Part shown: positions 38,243 to 50,645 of the stretch, one piece after another
Numbering within the stretch: the stretch's first letter is position 1
How the letters are laid out: every line of letters starts with the position of its first letter
Source of the DNA: Leucoraja erinacea
Lineage: Eukaryota
Assembly: GCF_028641065.1 (NCBI RefSeq)
Contig: NC_073378.1
Location: 87,730,001-87,794,000, forward strand
Length of the DNA: 64,000 nucleotides
Direction: 5' to 3'
Translations under genes and position numbers: made by a program
The notes under the pieces: generated by a model
What the model was told of the DNA's origin: nothing
Seen by the model: only the letters and a program-made list of their open reading frames with translations
Database searches by the model: none

Positions 38243-38526
38243 GTATTGTATTGTATTGTATTCAAATTTATTGTCATTGTCTCAATTAGAGACAACAAAA
38301 TGAATTTCCCTTTACAGTCAGTATCATAAAAATAAATAAATAATAAATATTAAAACATATTAAAAAAATAAAATAGAATTTAAAAAAAAGCACAAACACA
38401 GAAAGTCCACGACACAACACAACACAGTGGCACCAAGGTGAGGAAGGCACCATTGTCCAGCCAGCCTCCCCTCCGATCTTCCCAGATGTTCATCCGTGGT
38501 CGGGGCCTTCCGAGCACCCGCAGCAC
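38243..38526 (-). mobile_element. 5'-truncated GC-rich retroelement tail with (tacaa)n end and 7-bp TSD
   Basis: TSD aaacatt at 38236-38242 and 38527-38533; polyA-signal-like aataaa and microsatellite end. Confidence 0.75.
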
Positions 38527-38984
38527 AAACATTACCCAATCCTCTTGCTTTCTGCTCGTCTTTGCTACATTGGACTTCTTCGCTTTTATTTTTATACTGT
38601 CCCTGACGTCCCTTGTCAGCCACGGTCGCCCCTTACTATCCTTGGAATCTTTCTTCCTCTTTGGAGTGAACTGATCCTGCACCTTCTGCATTATTCCCAG
38701 AAATACCTGCCATTGTTGTTCTACTGTCATTCCTGCTAGTGTATCTTTCCAGGCAACTTTGGCCAGCTCCTCCCTCATGGCTCCATAGTCTCCTTTATTC
38801 AACTGTAATACTGACACCTCCGATTTACCACATCTCCCTCTCCAATTGCAGATTAAACTTGACCATATTATGGTCGCTACCTCCTAATGGCTCCTTAACC
38901 TCAAGTTCCTTTATCTAATCTGGTTCATTACGTAACACTAAATCCAGAATTGCCTTCTACCTGGTAGGCTCCAGTACAACATGT

Positions 38985-39570
38985 GGATATCATTGTGGCT
39001 TTCACATCCTCTATCAAATGGCATTGATGAGATGGAAGATTTGGCAGATTGTGGCCTCAGGGGAAGTCTGCTGAGCTGGACACCTGCTCGTTTGATCTGT
39101 CGGACCGCCGGCCTGGAAGGGGGACCCCACCAAGCCTGCTCTTGTTTGTCCCCCAAAGACAAGAGACCAGGAGGAGGTAGCCGCTGATGATAATGATGGG
39201 TGAGGAGCGAGGCCGGCAGGGGAGGAGATGGAACCGGGTTCTGGCCTCATGGTCGGCAGCAAGACGCACCCCGGGGAACAAAGGTGGATGGGTGTGGAGA
39301 GGGATGTGTTATCCAAGGCTGGAGATGGCTGGAGGCCTCAACAGCCTGGGACTCGCCTGGAGCTGGCACCGTTCATAAGAACTGGAGAGTGGACTTTAAA
39401 AATGACACCAAAGCATGATGCTTCTTGCATGCTCAGTGGACTTTTTCTGTACACTTGCTAATCGAGGATCGGGGGTATGGCAGTATTGTACTAGATTGTA
39501 AGAAAAATAATGTCACCATGCTAGCACTTCACACATAATGACAATAAAATCACCTTTGAACCATTAGAAC
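38985..39570 (+). mobile_element. GC-rich non-coding retroelement-like repeat
   Basis: GC-rich body ending ...aaaatgacacc...gacaataaaat, like the other LINE-type tails here. Confidence 0.45.
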
Positions 39571-40389
39571 AGTTTGTTCATCATCATCAAAATCAGAGCA
39601 TTCAAATAAGGTCTCATGTAGTACTAACCAGATAGCAGATATTGGGTACATTTAATGACAGAAAATCTTCTCTGCTCACTTCTTTATTCAGCAGTCCTAC
39701 TCTGCTGAAATCCACAAAGTTGGTGTTGCTTTGATTTTATAGGATAAAATAATTAAATTTGCTCGTTGATTTGTCTGGCTCGGGCTTTTGTTATTTGAAG
39801 GAGGCTGAAGTGATCCATAGCAGAACGATGCCAAGGTGGGGAATCAAGTTTCTCTCCATCCAATTTCAATTGCAGGTGCTGGACATTGATGGGAGGAAAT
39901 ATTCACAGATTACCCTCATTTTAACTGAAGGTGGTGAAAAGCTTCCTTCCTCACCCATCCATTCTTCTGGAGAGGAATCTTTAAACATTGCTTTTATCTC
40001 GGATAACCCAACATTTGTGAAAGGTCAAGCAGATTGGAATGCAGATATGTATTTCCCAGTGAGAGTGGTGTGTGTCTTGGAATTCACCTTTCAAAGTCAA
40101 GACTATTTAGCCAATAGTTGTCTCTTTTTGGTTGAGGTACTGGAAGAAGTGTTCCTTTATAATGGGCTGGGAACATTGCAAAGTTTGTATTTGTTCATTT
40201 GATGAGTTGTAGTGCCACTGGCATGGCTAACATTTATCATCTGTGTCTAATTCGCCTGTTCTTTCTGTTAATTCTGTTAATTCTGTTGTGTTGCTGCAAG
40301 TAAGAATGTCATTGCTTTATCTGGGACACATGACAATAAAACACTCTTGACTCTTAACTCTTTACTGGCCTAGAGAATGTGGTGGTTAG

Positions 40390-41095
40390 ACCATAGAACA
40401 TAGAAAAGTACAGCACAAGAACAGGCCCTTTGGCCCACCATGTCTGTGCTAAATATGATACCACCTCTTATCTACCTCTGCATTAACATAGAAACATAGA
40501 AACCTAGAAATTAGGTGCAGGAGTAGGCCATTCGGCCCTTCGAGCCTGCACCGCCATTCAATATGATCATGGCTGATCATCCAACTCAGTATCCCGTACC
40601 TGCCTTCTCTCCATACCCTCTGATCCCTTTAGCCACAAAGGCCACATCTAACTCCCTCTTAAATACAGCCAATGAACTGGCCTCAACTACCCTCTGTGGC
40701 AGAGAGTTCCAGAGATTCACCACTCTCTGTGTGAAAAAAGTTCTTCCATGTGCCAAAAAATTCCATGTGGCAATATTAAAGCCTCTTAAATGCCACTATC
40801 TAGCCTCCAGCACCACCCATGGCAGTCCATTCCAGACATCCACCACTTTCTGGGTGAAAAAACTTGCCCTGCCAATTTCTTCTAATGTTTGCCCCTCTCA
40901 CCTAAAAGATATGCCCTTTAGTCCTTGACATTTCCACCTTAGGAAAAAGGTTTTGTCTACTCTATCTAAGCCTCTCATAATGATATATACTTCTGAGGTT
41001 CACCCTCAGTCTCTGACCTGTCTGAGAAAACAATCCGTTTTCCAACCTTTCCTTGTAGCTAATACCTAAATCCAGGCAGCCTTCTGGTTAAATGA
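40390..41095 (-). mobile_element. Older CR1 3' end with young CR1 tail nested at 40487-40745
   Basis: 40487-40745 almost identical to 7077-7330; flanks are a different CR1 tail subfamily. Confidence 0.9.
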
Positions 41096-41114
41096 CATAT
41101 GAATATGATGTGGG

Positions 41115-41203
41115 GCAGGATCTCGACCAGAAACATCGCCTATTCCTTCTCTCCATAGATGCTGCCTCACCTATTGAGTTTCCCCAGCATTTTTGTCTAC
41201 CTA
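41115..41203 (+). mobile_element. Partial Penelope terminal repeat (hammerhead 5' core missing)
   Basis: tctcgaccagaaacatcgcctattccttctctccatagatgctgcc...cagcatttttgtctac. Confidence 0.75.
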
Positions 41204-41332
41204 TGACTATGAAGTGTGGATTATATCAGTTTAAGTAACAACTGTTTTCAAAATTAAAGGTGATACTTATTCTAATGTTCAATATTATTTTGAAAAGTTT
41301 AAGTTTTCAGTCAATATATTGGATGTGTTATA

Positions 41333-41498
41333 ACCATATAACCATATAATAATTACAGCACGGAAACAGGCCATCTCAGCCCTACAAGTCCGTGCCGAAC
41401 AATTATTTTCCCTTAGTCCCACCTGCCTGCACTCATGCCATAACCCTCCATTCCCTTCTCATCCATATGCCTATCCAATTTATTTTTAAATTAATTTA
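41333..41498 (-). mobile_element. Short CR1 3' end with (aaccatat)n tail flanked by a 40-bp direct repeat
   Basis: aaaagtttaagttttcagtcaatatattggatgtgttata at 41293-41332 and 41499-41538. Confidence 0.9.
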
Positions 41499-42654
41499 AA
41501 AAGTTTAAGTTTTCAGTCAATATATTGGATGTGTTATATGTAACAGATGAATTGATAATTGAATTTCCTGATGTCACATTTTCAGTTTGACACCACCTTT
41601 ACACTGCTTCACAAGATTTTTATCAACAATGCCCATCTGAGGAAGTTGAGATGGTATTATTGATATCAAGCAGGGATGCCTGATACTACAAAATATCTAA
41701 TTTTAATTTCTATTGTAAAATAAATCTACTGATAATGCAAAGAAACAAGGGTCAAGAAAAAAAGTGAGTTAATAATAGTCGGCTACAATATGACGCATGG
41801 AAAATTGTGTCCCTCAATGGATTTGTGATTCACCATTTGTTCTCAATGTGCTCCATCTTACAAAATTCTTAATGTTCTAGTGTTATATGAGGTAATTCTG
41901 GCTTGGTTATATTCGGAGTTTCAGGAAAATGAAAAAAACCAAAATCAGGTTGTGAAATCTGGCTGCAGGTGTACGAAGACCATTTATGAAACAGGAAAGA
42001 ACAGAACAGCAGGTTGTTGCTGGGCATTCGCCACCAATGCTCAAACTGTACAGACATGGACACTCTGCTCAGCTCCCAGTCTGAACAGTGCCAGGCAGAA
42101 AGATGACAAGCAGAGTTTGTTGTGTCCCCAACAGAGAAAGTAAAACCAGAGCAAAGGCTTGTGCTTGGCCATGATGACCACTGAAGGTTCTGAGTTGAGC
42201 AGGCAGGTCTGTGCTTTGCTGAATTCTGTTAGTTTAGCACATAGGTCCTAATGCAACTCGTGTTGTTTTACTTGTGAACATACTTACGTAATTGTAGGTT
42301 GGTGCTGTTAAAGCAGGCTGTCAATGCCTTACTTATACATGCACGGGGATAAACTTAACATCAGGCAACATGCCTTTTACTCATCCTTGACAATTGCCTG
42401 AGCAGTTGTTATTTTTGTTTTCATTTACCATCTAGATAAAGTAAACAGTAAGAACCAATTTATTGCCTAGTTTCCTTTAGTAAAAAAAAATAAAGATATT
42501 TATTTTATTCCTAATGATAAGGAGAGCCTGGTGGCTAATATTGCAATGTTTAGCTTCCACTCTGACAAACATTTATTCTGCATAATCTTTATATTTCATT
42601 CCGGTATGTTGAAATGGAAGGTGCCATTGATAAATTCACATTCTTTAAGACATA

Positions 42655-43412
42655 AGTCTTAAGTGTTTTTGACGGTGTATATGTGGGGGGCGGGGAAGGG
42701 GGAAACTTTGTAAAAATCCCTTTCCCTGTACAGGAGACCCGACCTTTTTCCTGTCAGGTCTCCGTTGTCGTTGGGGCCTAGCACCGTGGAGCGGCCTCCA
42801 GCCTGAACGACCTGGAGGCTCCAGTCACGGAGCTTTTGGAGCTGCGGACTTACCATCGTGGGGCTGGCCGGTATCGGAGCGTGGGGAGCAGTGGTGACTC
42901 GCTGCTGCGGCTCGACCACGTAGCCCAGAGGTTCCAGCTGCAGCCGCAGGTCCGGTGGACTGTCGGGACATCGGGAGCGCGTGGGTCCGGGTGGAGAGAC
43001 CGCTTTCCGGAGCTCCCGCATCGCGACTTCTCCAGCCCATGTCGCAGGGTTGGAACGACCCGGAGCGGGGCCATACATCACCCGGCGCGGCTTCATGGCC
43101 ATGGAACATTCCAGCGCCCGCCGGGGGCTCCAACTTCGTGACATTTAGACCGGGAGTGGGGCCGCACATCGCCCCGCGCGGCCTAAAAATGGCCGTGGGA
43201 CTTATCATCGCCCGCCTGGGACTTCGACATCGGGAGAGAAATGAGAAGAGGGGAGAGAAAAGACTTTGCATTCCATCACAGTGGGTTCACTGTGATGGAT
43301 GTTTTTGTAAATTGAATTGTGTGTATGTCTGTAGGAAATTGTCTTTGCTTGTATGGCTGTGGAAACATTCAGGTTCAAATGACATGTAATAAATATTGAT
43401 TGATTGATTGAT
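42655..43412 (+). mobile_element. GC/CpG-rich non-coding retroelement with aataaa and (attg)n tail
   Basis: Sharp GC-rich island ending aataaatattgattgattgattgat; same architecture as 54405-55170. Confidence 0.7.
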
Positions 43413-44220
43413 AAATTAATTGTACATAAAATGAATCCATATGATAGCACAAAGGTAGTTTGTGGGCTTCCTGTTATATCCCTGCTTGATAATTTGCTCA
43501 ATTGAAATTCATGGAACTGAATATTGGCCGGGACAATCAAGGCAATTATTGCATACCATACAGTCAGAGATATAATCTAGTTTAGTTCAGTTTAATATTC
43601 ACGTGTATGGAGGTACAGTGAAAAGCTTTATTGTTGCGTGTTATCCAGTCAGCGAAAAGACTACACAATCAAGTCATCCACAGTGTGCAGATACAATATA
43701 AGGGAATAACATTTAGTACAAGATAAAGTCCAGTACATTTGGTCGTCTGAGGGTTTCCAATAAGGTTCACTGTAAGTCAGGACTGTTCTCTAATTGGTGA
43801 TAGGATGGTTCAGTTGCCCGAAAACAGCCAAGGAGAAACTATTCCTAAATCTGGAGGTATGCATTTTCACACTTTGTACCTGATGAGAGAGGGGAAAAGG
43901 GGGAGTGATGTGCGTTTAACATGTCCTTGATTATGCAGAACGTAGATTGAGTCAATGGAAGGGAGGTTGATTTGTGTGATGGTCAGGGCTATGTCCACAA
44001 CTCTGCAATTTCATATGGTCATGGATGGAGCTGTTCCCAAATCATGCTGTGATGCATATCAATAAAATGCTTTCTATGGTGCATCTCTAGATATTGATGA
44101 GAGTTGTTGGTGATATGCTGCACTTCCTAAGCCTATTAAAGAAGTCGATGTGTTGGTGTGCTTTCTCTGTCGTTGCTTCAATATGACTGATCCAGGTCAA
44201 GTTTCTGGTGATAATAATTC

Positions 44221-44638
44221 ATAGAAACATAGAAACATAGAAAATAGGTGCAGGAGGAGGCCATTCGGCCCTTCGAGCCAGCATTGTGCTTCAAGGATTC
44301 ATTGTGATCATGGCTGATCGTCCCCTATCAATAACCCGTGCCTGCCTTCTCCCCATATCCCTTGACTCCACTAGCCCTTAGAGCTCTATCTAACTCTCTC
44401 TTAAATCCATCCAGTGATTTGGCCTCCACTGCCCTCTGTGGCAGGGAATTCCATAAATTGACAACTCTGGGTGAAAAACTTTTTTCTCACCTCAGTCTTA
44501 AATTACCTCCCCTTTATTCTAAGCTTTAACCTTTTAAACCTATGCTGCACTCTCTCAATAGCAAGAATGTCCTTCCTCAAATTAGGAGACCAAAACTGCA
44601 CACAATACTATAGATGTGGTCTCACCAGAGCCCTATAC

Positions 44639-44673
<35 letters not shown>

Positions 44674-44985
44674 GCATTTCGTTGTCTCTGTACTGTACAC
44701 TGACAATGACAATTAAAATTGAATCTGAATCTGAATCTGAACTGCAGAAGAACCTCGTTACTCCTATACTGAAATCCTCTTGTTATGAAGGCCAACATTC
44801 CATTAGCTTTCTTCACTGCCTGCTGTACCTGTAAGCCAACTTTCAGTGACCGGTGTACAAGGACACCCAGGTCTCGCTGTACCTCCCCCTTACCTAACCT
44901 AACCCCATTGAGATAATAATCTGCCCTTGTTTTTGCCGCCAAAGTGGATAACCTCACATTTATCTATATTATACTGCATCTGCCA
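44221..44985 (-). mobile_element. CR1 3' portion nested in Rex1, itself with an insertion at ~44642-44740
   Basis: (TAGAAACA)n tail; [30 protein letters not shown]; internal poly-T plus LINE tail ending (gaatct)n. Confidence 0.9.
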
Positions 44986-45198
44986 CGTCAGTTCTCTACT
45001 TCACCACCATCAATGTATACTGGGGTATGTGCTTGGCTTCCTGAAGATGATCACAATTTCCTTTGTCTTGCTGACATGGAGAGAAAGGTTGTTTTCTTGA
45101 TACCAGTTTATGAGGTTCTCAATCTCCTTCCTGGTCTCCATCTCATGATTATTTTATATTCAGCTGACTATGGTGGTGTCATCTGCAAAATTGTAAGT

Positions 45199-45270
45199 AG
45201 ACAAAAATGCTTGAGAAACTCAGTGGGTGAGGCATCATCTATGGAGCGAAGAAACCCTTCTTCAGACTTC
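45199..45270 (-). mobile_element. Internally deleted Penelope terminal repeat inserted in Rex1
   Basis: Flanked by gtaagt at 45193-45198 and 45271-45276; keeps the CTGAAGAAGGG start, lacks the GAAAC box. Confidence 0.75.
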
Positions 45271-45835
45271 GTAAGTTGAGTTGGGATTTGCATTTGACTG
45301 CACAGTCGTAGGTGTCCAAGGAGTAAAGAAAGGGGCTGAGAACAAATCTCTGCAGGCACCAGTGTTGAGGATTATCGTAGAGGATGATTCGTCGCCTATC
45401 ATCACTAATTGTGGTCTGTTAGTCAGGAAGTCGAGGATCCAGTTGCAAAAATGAGCATGTTCCATCTGTTTGGAGATGAGTTTGGATGGGTTAATGGTAT
45501 TAAAAGCAGAGCAGAGTTGTAGTCTATGAATAGAAGTCTGGCGTAGGTATCTCTCTTGTCCAGGTGTTCCAGGGGTGAGTGTAGGTCCAGGGAGATGCCA
45601 TCAGCCGTGAATCTCTTGGTAGTCGAACTGCAGTGGATCAAGGTTGCTGGGGAGGTTGGATTTAATGTGTTCTGTAATCAGATCGTAAAGTACTTCATGA
45701 TGGTGGATGACAAGGCCACTGGATGGTAGTCATTAAGGCATGCAACCTTGGTTATCTTCAGCACTGGATTAATAGTGGTCTTCTTGAAGCAGGTGGGTAC
45801 CTCAGAACACAGTAGGGAGAGATTAAAGATGTCCA

Positions 45836-46144
45836 GAACAAGGGGTCACAGTTTAAGGATAAGGGGGGAAATCTTTTAGGACCGAGATGAGAAAAACATT
45901 TTTCACACAGAGAGTGGTGAATCTGTGGAATTCTCTGCCACAGAAGGTATTTGAGGCCAGTTCATTGGCTATATTTAAGAGGGAGTTGGATGTGGCCCTT
46001 GTGGCTAAAGGGATCAGAGAGTATGGAGAGAAGGCAGGTACAGGATACTGAGTTGGATGATCAGCCATGATCATATTGGATGGCGGTGCAGGCTCGAAGG
46101 GTCAAATGGCCTACTCCTGCACCTATTTTCTATGTTTCTATGTT
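45836..46144 (+). mobile_element. Young CR1 3' end nested in Rex1
   Basis: Reverse complement of 7077-7390 at very high identity. Confidence 0.92.
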
Positions 46145-48211
46145 CGTGAAGACTCCCGCAATTTGGTCCATGCAGTTCCTAAGGACATGGCCAGGGAATC
46201 AGTCTGGACCAGTTGCTTTCCGTGTGTTCACCCTCAGGAAGTCCGATCTAACTTCTGCAACAGTGACCCTGGGAAAGGACACTCGTATCTGACAGGACAG
46301 ATTTCATCCCCACTTTGGTCTTCTACTCAAAGCGAGCATAGAATGTATTAAGTTCATCTGGTAGGGCCACACCATCACCAGCGATGTTGCCAGACTTTTT
46401 TTTGCAGCAAGTCTGTGGAGGTCCTAATGATTATACTGGGATCAGATTTTTTCCCACTATTGTCTCCTGGCAAGTTAATCATGCTGATTGCAATTTCTTT
46501 TATATTGGTCTTGAACACAGTGATATACAGATTGCCATATGTGATCTATAAAACCATAAGTCATAGGGACAGAATTAGGCTATTCGGCCCATCATCTAAC
46601 CCGTCATTTGATCATGGCTAAAAACAGTGCTGTTGATTAAAGGATATACTGCATTCATTTTTCTGTTGGTACTCTTCTAATTTCTTATCTCACTCTTACA
46701 AATATTTTCTTTCATGGGTGCACCACTTTTTAACATTCCCTCATGTTCAATTCTTGTGCAGATTCTCTGCAAATACTGCCATCTTATCCTTCCAACACTT
46801 TAATTTGTGCTATTTCTTCAGGCTCTCCTGCCAGATCATTTGCAGCGTTGAGAAGGAGTTCACAAGCTACCACTCCTGTTGTTTCTCTAATATTTAAGAC
46901 CATCCTCCCACATCACAACTGTCATTGTATTTTCCCATTGCACAGCTTAAAATCAAAGCAAGGTTCAGTTGCCAAATCTGGCATGTCTCCATGGTCTAGA
47001 ACGATTTTCAGAAAAAACTAACAAACTTTTCAACACTTCATAAAGAAGTAGATTAATGACTGCTTGAGGAGCATTATAAATTCAATATTCCAAGTTCAAC
47101 ATCTTTAGTGAAAGGCTAGTGTAATCTTACAACTCGTTGGCAAATTGTAAATTACAGTGGAAACAAAAATTGTTTTCTAAATTCTTTGGAAGAAGTACTT
47201 TGATCTTAGTTTCACTCTGATTGTACTGAAACTATGAAACTATGATTGCACCCAAAATAGGATTTGAGAATCAAAACATATAAATTAATCCAACTTAAAA
47301 TTCAGCTTTTTAAAATATTTAAGAAGCTAATGGAGAATGGAAAAGCATCTTTCTTTTCTACATTAGTTACCGGAAGCAAAGGTATTGATATCATAATTTA
47401 CAATTTTATTCTTTTAGCAGATTATATTGTTCTCTTTTTTATTATTCCTTTTAAAATACATTTATTATATTGAAAAATGTTGTGCTTTAATGAAGGGGAC
47501 CATTAACTTGAAGCAATATGCTCCCATTACACTACAGCAGATGTGAGCTCATGTTAGAACTCTTTGGGCGGCAGTATCACTATAGTAACAAGAGGATTAT
47601 GGTAAAAATATGATCACTTCTCTAATCACCAGTGCCTCTGAGAAGAATGACTGAAATCAGTCAATCATATTTATTAACACCAGTTTTGTATATGATCAGT
47701 AGTAGATGGTTCTAGGGCAGGTCCTTTAACAGCTATTTATCTCAGTAATTTAAAATATAAAACAGATTGTGAATGTCTCATTCTTTCCTTTAACACCTAC
47801 TCAAAAACAATGTATGATTTATTCCTTTAACAATATTTTTCATTCAGACTGCAATAAAAATGCAGATGTGTCTTTTCTCTTATAAGACACTGATGGGCCT
47901 GCAATACATTTGGAGCATGTTCTGCATTTATTTGCAACATTGTGGTGTTTTGTTATTATTTCTTTTATCACATTTATATACTTCCCCTTTTGCTGTATCT
48001 CAAAATGTGTTAATTTCTTTTATTGTCAAGACCTGTTTCTGCTTCTTTTCTTCTGTTATACTATTTATCCAACCTCGTGTTAACTGTCACTCCTATTTTT
48101 ATTCTGTGAAACCACGAGACCAGTGTGATGTTGGGCACAAATTATTTTGAAGTAGTGCTATTTATTAATCTTTTCTTGTATCTACAGTTGTCAGGCAGCA
48201 ACCCACATAAA

Positions 48212-48246
<35 letters not shown>

Positions 48247-48312
48247 TTTTCCATTCCAAGAACTTCTCTCAGAGGGTGGTGGGTATGTGGAACGAAGGAG
48301 ATAGTTATAGAG

Positions 48313-48538
48313 CAAGGGTTCGCAACCTGGGGTTCCCCAGGAGGTAAAGTTTGCCTACCCAGGGGGTAAATTTGTTGATTCAGGATTTGTACATATTTTG
48401 TCTCATTGACTGACTGTGTTTGGTTCTGGTATACCGGTATCTGTTCATCATTAGTTGTTTATGAATAAGTTAAATAACATTGTATGTGCTATTAAAGTTG
48501 CCAGGGATAAACGGAACAAAAAAGGTTGGGAACCCCAG
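48313..48538. mobile_element. hAT-Charlie-like MITE
   Basis: TIRs caagggttcgcaacct / aggttgggaaccccag; degenerate 8-bp flanks ttatagag / ttttgagc. Confidence 0.75.
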
Positions 48539-48769
48539 TTTTGAGCCACTTTGAGAAGAATTTCTTAACATCTGAACTGGCAGTTACCAGCTATGAAGAC
48601 ACAATGCCGTAACTGTAATGTTGCTATCCCAGGACATTGACAGCAAATGTCCTTTGGGGAAGAATCTGCCAGCCTAACCCAGCACATAATGTGATTGCAA
48701 AGCCACAGCAAAGTTTAATGGCCTTGTTGGTGGCACCAACATCATATTAAAGAATAAAAAAATGGTAGC

Positions 48770-48959
48770 GCAATTGGATTTTTTTAAAGTTTAAAATGAG
48801 GGAGGGTGAAAAAATGTGCCAACCTGCACAGTTGGGGGTTATGGGTGAGTGGTCGAATATTGCGTTGAGGGAACGGGTTGTGTTGTGGGACCAGGCTTGC
48901 CATGTGACAAGGACCCAACAGGCCCCACTTGGTCCAGTATATTACTAAAACTCTCATCT

Positions 48960-48996
<37 letters not shown>

Positions 48997-49895
48997 GAGT
49001 CCGAGCGGGCCTGAACTACGCCAAAACAGTACACGATAGTGCTACAATTTCTGGACCACCTTATTCACAGTTGTTATGTGGTGTGTTTCTAATCAAGCTT
49101 TGTTTAGATTGATGTTATATTTTACAAGTTATTCACATTTTCAACTTTACAAAATCCAGCTTGAGAAAGAATGACTTAAACACTGCATTGGCAGTTGCTG
49201 GCAGTTACAGCTATAACATCACAATGGGATCTCATTTACATAAACTGCCCATGAACAGTGCTCCACCCGACAATCACATCACAATGGGATCTCATTTACA
49301 TAAACTGCCCATCAACAGTGTTCCACCCAGTGCAATGAGAGATTTGTTACATTGTTGTAAGTAGAGGGAGAGAGTGGGGGAGAGGAGGACGAGAAATGTT
49401 ATTTAAACATTGTGTTTAGTGGGGGAGTGCGATTGGGGAGAGGTGAGGAATGGGGGAGCAGGGAGAGGGGAGAGGAGAAAGGAGGGAGGGTGAAGAGGAG
49501 GGAGAGGGAGTGTTGGGGGCAAATGAGCTACGCCTGCGCAGTTGAGGGCTATGGGTGAGTGGTGGAATATTGCGTTGGGGGAACGGGTTGTGTTGGGGGA
49601 ATGGGTGAGTGGTGGAAACGGGTTGCATTGTTGGAACCCAATATTCATCTTCTTGTGTATGGCGTGCACAGCCTAAAGTTGGACAACTTGTTCTATTTGA
49701 TCTTATTTGATTGTGCACGCCTGGTTAATTGCATTTGTTGAAACAGGGCGGACCACGTGAACGTTGCAATATTCCACCCCAATGGAATATTACGTTGGGG
49801 GAACGGGGCCCAACGGGTCCCACTTGGTGTAGTATATTACTAAAACTATCATCTTGTTTGTTAGTGAGTCAGTCTGTCCGCCTGTCCGCCTGTCA

Positions 49896-49959
<64 letters not shown>

Positions 49960-50480
49960 TCTGTCTGGACACGGTCACAGACACAGACTGGGCCCAGAGC
50001 CGCGCACCTTTCTTCCCCTCCCGCGGCTCAAGATGGTAGCCCCAACAAGTCACTGACTGACTTTCAGTTATTTTAAAATTCCGCGCGCGTGCAGAGCCAC
50101 GGGAGGGGGGGGGGGGGGGGGGAGGGAGGGGAGGGGGGGGAAGGAGGAGGGGGGGGGGGGGGGGGGGGAGGGAGAAGCCTCCATGCGGGCCCGAAGCAGC
50201 ATCCCCCAGACCCCACACTGGCTCGAACCACAGCCCAGGGCCCTGAACGCGGCTGGACACAGACACACAGACACAGAAACGGATTGCACCCGGAGCCACG
50301 CTCCTCTCTCCCCCTCCTGCGGATCCAGAGCTCAAACCACAGCCCAGGGCCCTGAGCAAGACTGGACACAGACACAGAAATGGACTGAGCCCAGAGACAC
50401 ACTCCTCCCTCCCCCTCCCACGGCTCCAGACCGGAATATTGTGTTGGGGGAACGAGGCTCAAATGATCCCACTTGGGATA
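48770..50480 (+). mobile_element. Head-to-tail array of three non-autonomous Helitron units
   Basis: Junctions hairpin-acttggtccag|tatattactaaaa (48937/48938) and hairpin-acttggtgtag|tatattactaaaa (49832/49833); (TG)n and (GTCT)n follow the two 5' ends; 60-bp tandem duplication at ~49216-49330. Confidence 0.85.
49642..49777 (-). mobile_element. Short insertion (probable LINE 3' tail with aag-rich end) within a Helitron unit
   Basis: Absent from sister units; flanked by cccaat at 49637-49642 and 49778-49783. Confidence 0.5.
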
Positions 50481-50645
50481 GGGAGGGGAGAAGGGTTATG
50501 GACAATGTTAACAAAAAAAGGACTCCCAGTCCAATGAGAGATTTGAAACATTGTTGTAAGGAGAGGGAGGGAGTGGGGTAGTGGATGAGGAGAGGATTGT
50601 TGTTTAATGTTATTTAAACAGATATAGGGAGAGGAGGGGAGGACA

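Larger units (their letters stand above)
35538..38978 (-). mobile_element. Long CR1 LINE remnant carrying several nested insertions
   Basis: (AGACAAT)n tail; ORF2 pieces [30 protein letters not shown]...QHGF..GKSCLTNLLEFFE...KAFDKVPH, KSPGPEGLHPRVLKE, NKGDYGAMREELA. Confidence 0.95.
43575..46420 (-). mobile_element. Rex1/Babar-clade LINE with multiple nested insertions
   Basis: LEHLDKRDTYARLLFIDYNSA and [27 protein letters not shown] motifs; (aacta)n tail at 43578. Confidence 0.85.

Noticed and set aside
42659-43389. Overlapping 100-160-aa ORFs on both strands (also 54505-55218 and 29136-29812)
   Set aside because: Stop-codon scarcity in GC-rich repeats; no domain motifs.
49790-50581. Long Pro/Gly-rich ORFs (up to 189 aa)
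   Set aside because: Produced by poly-G and (GTCT)n low-complexity sequence within Helitron units.
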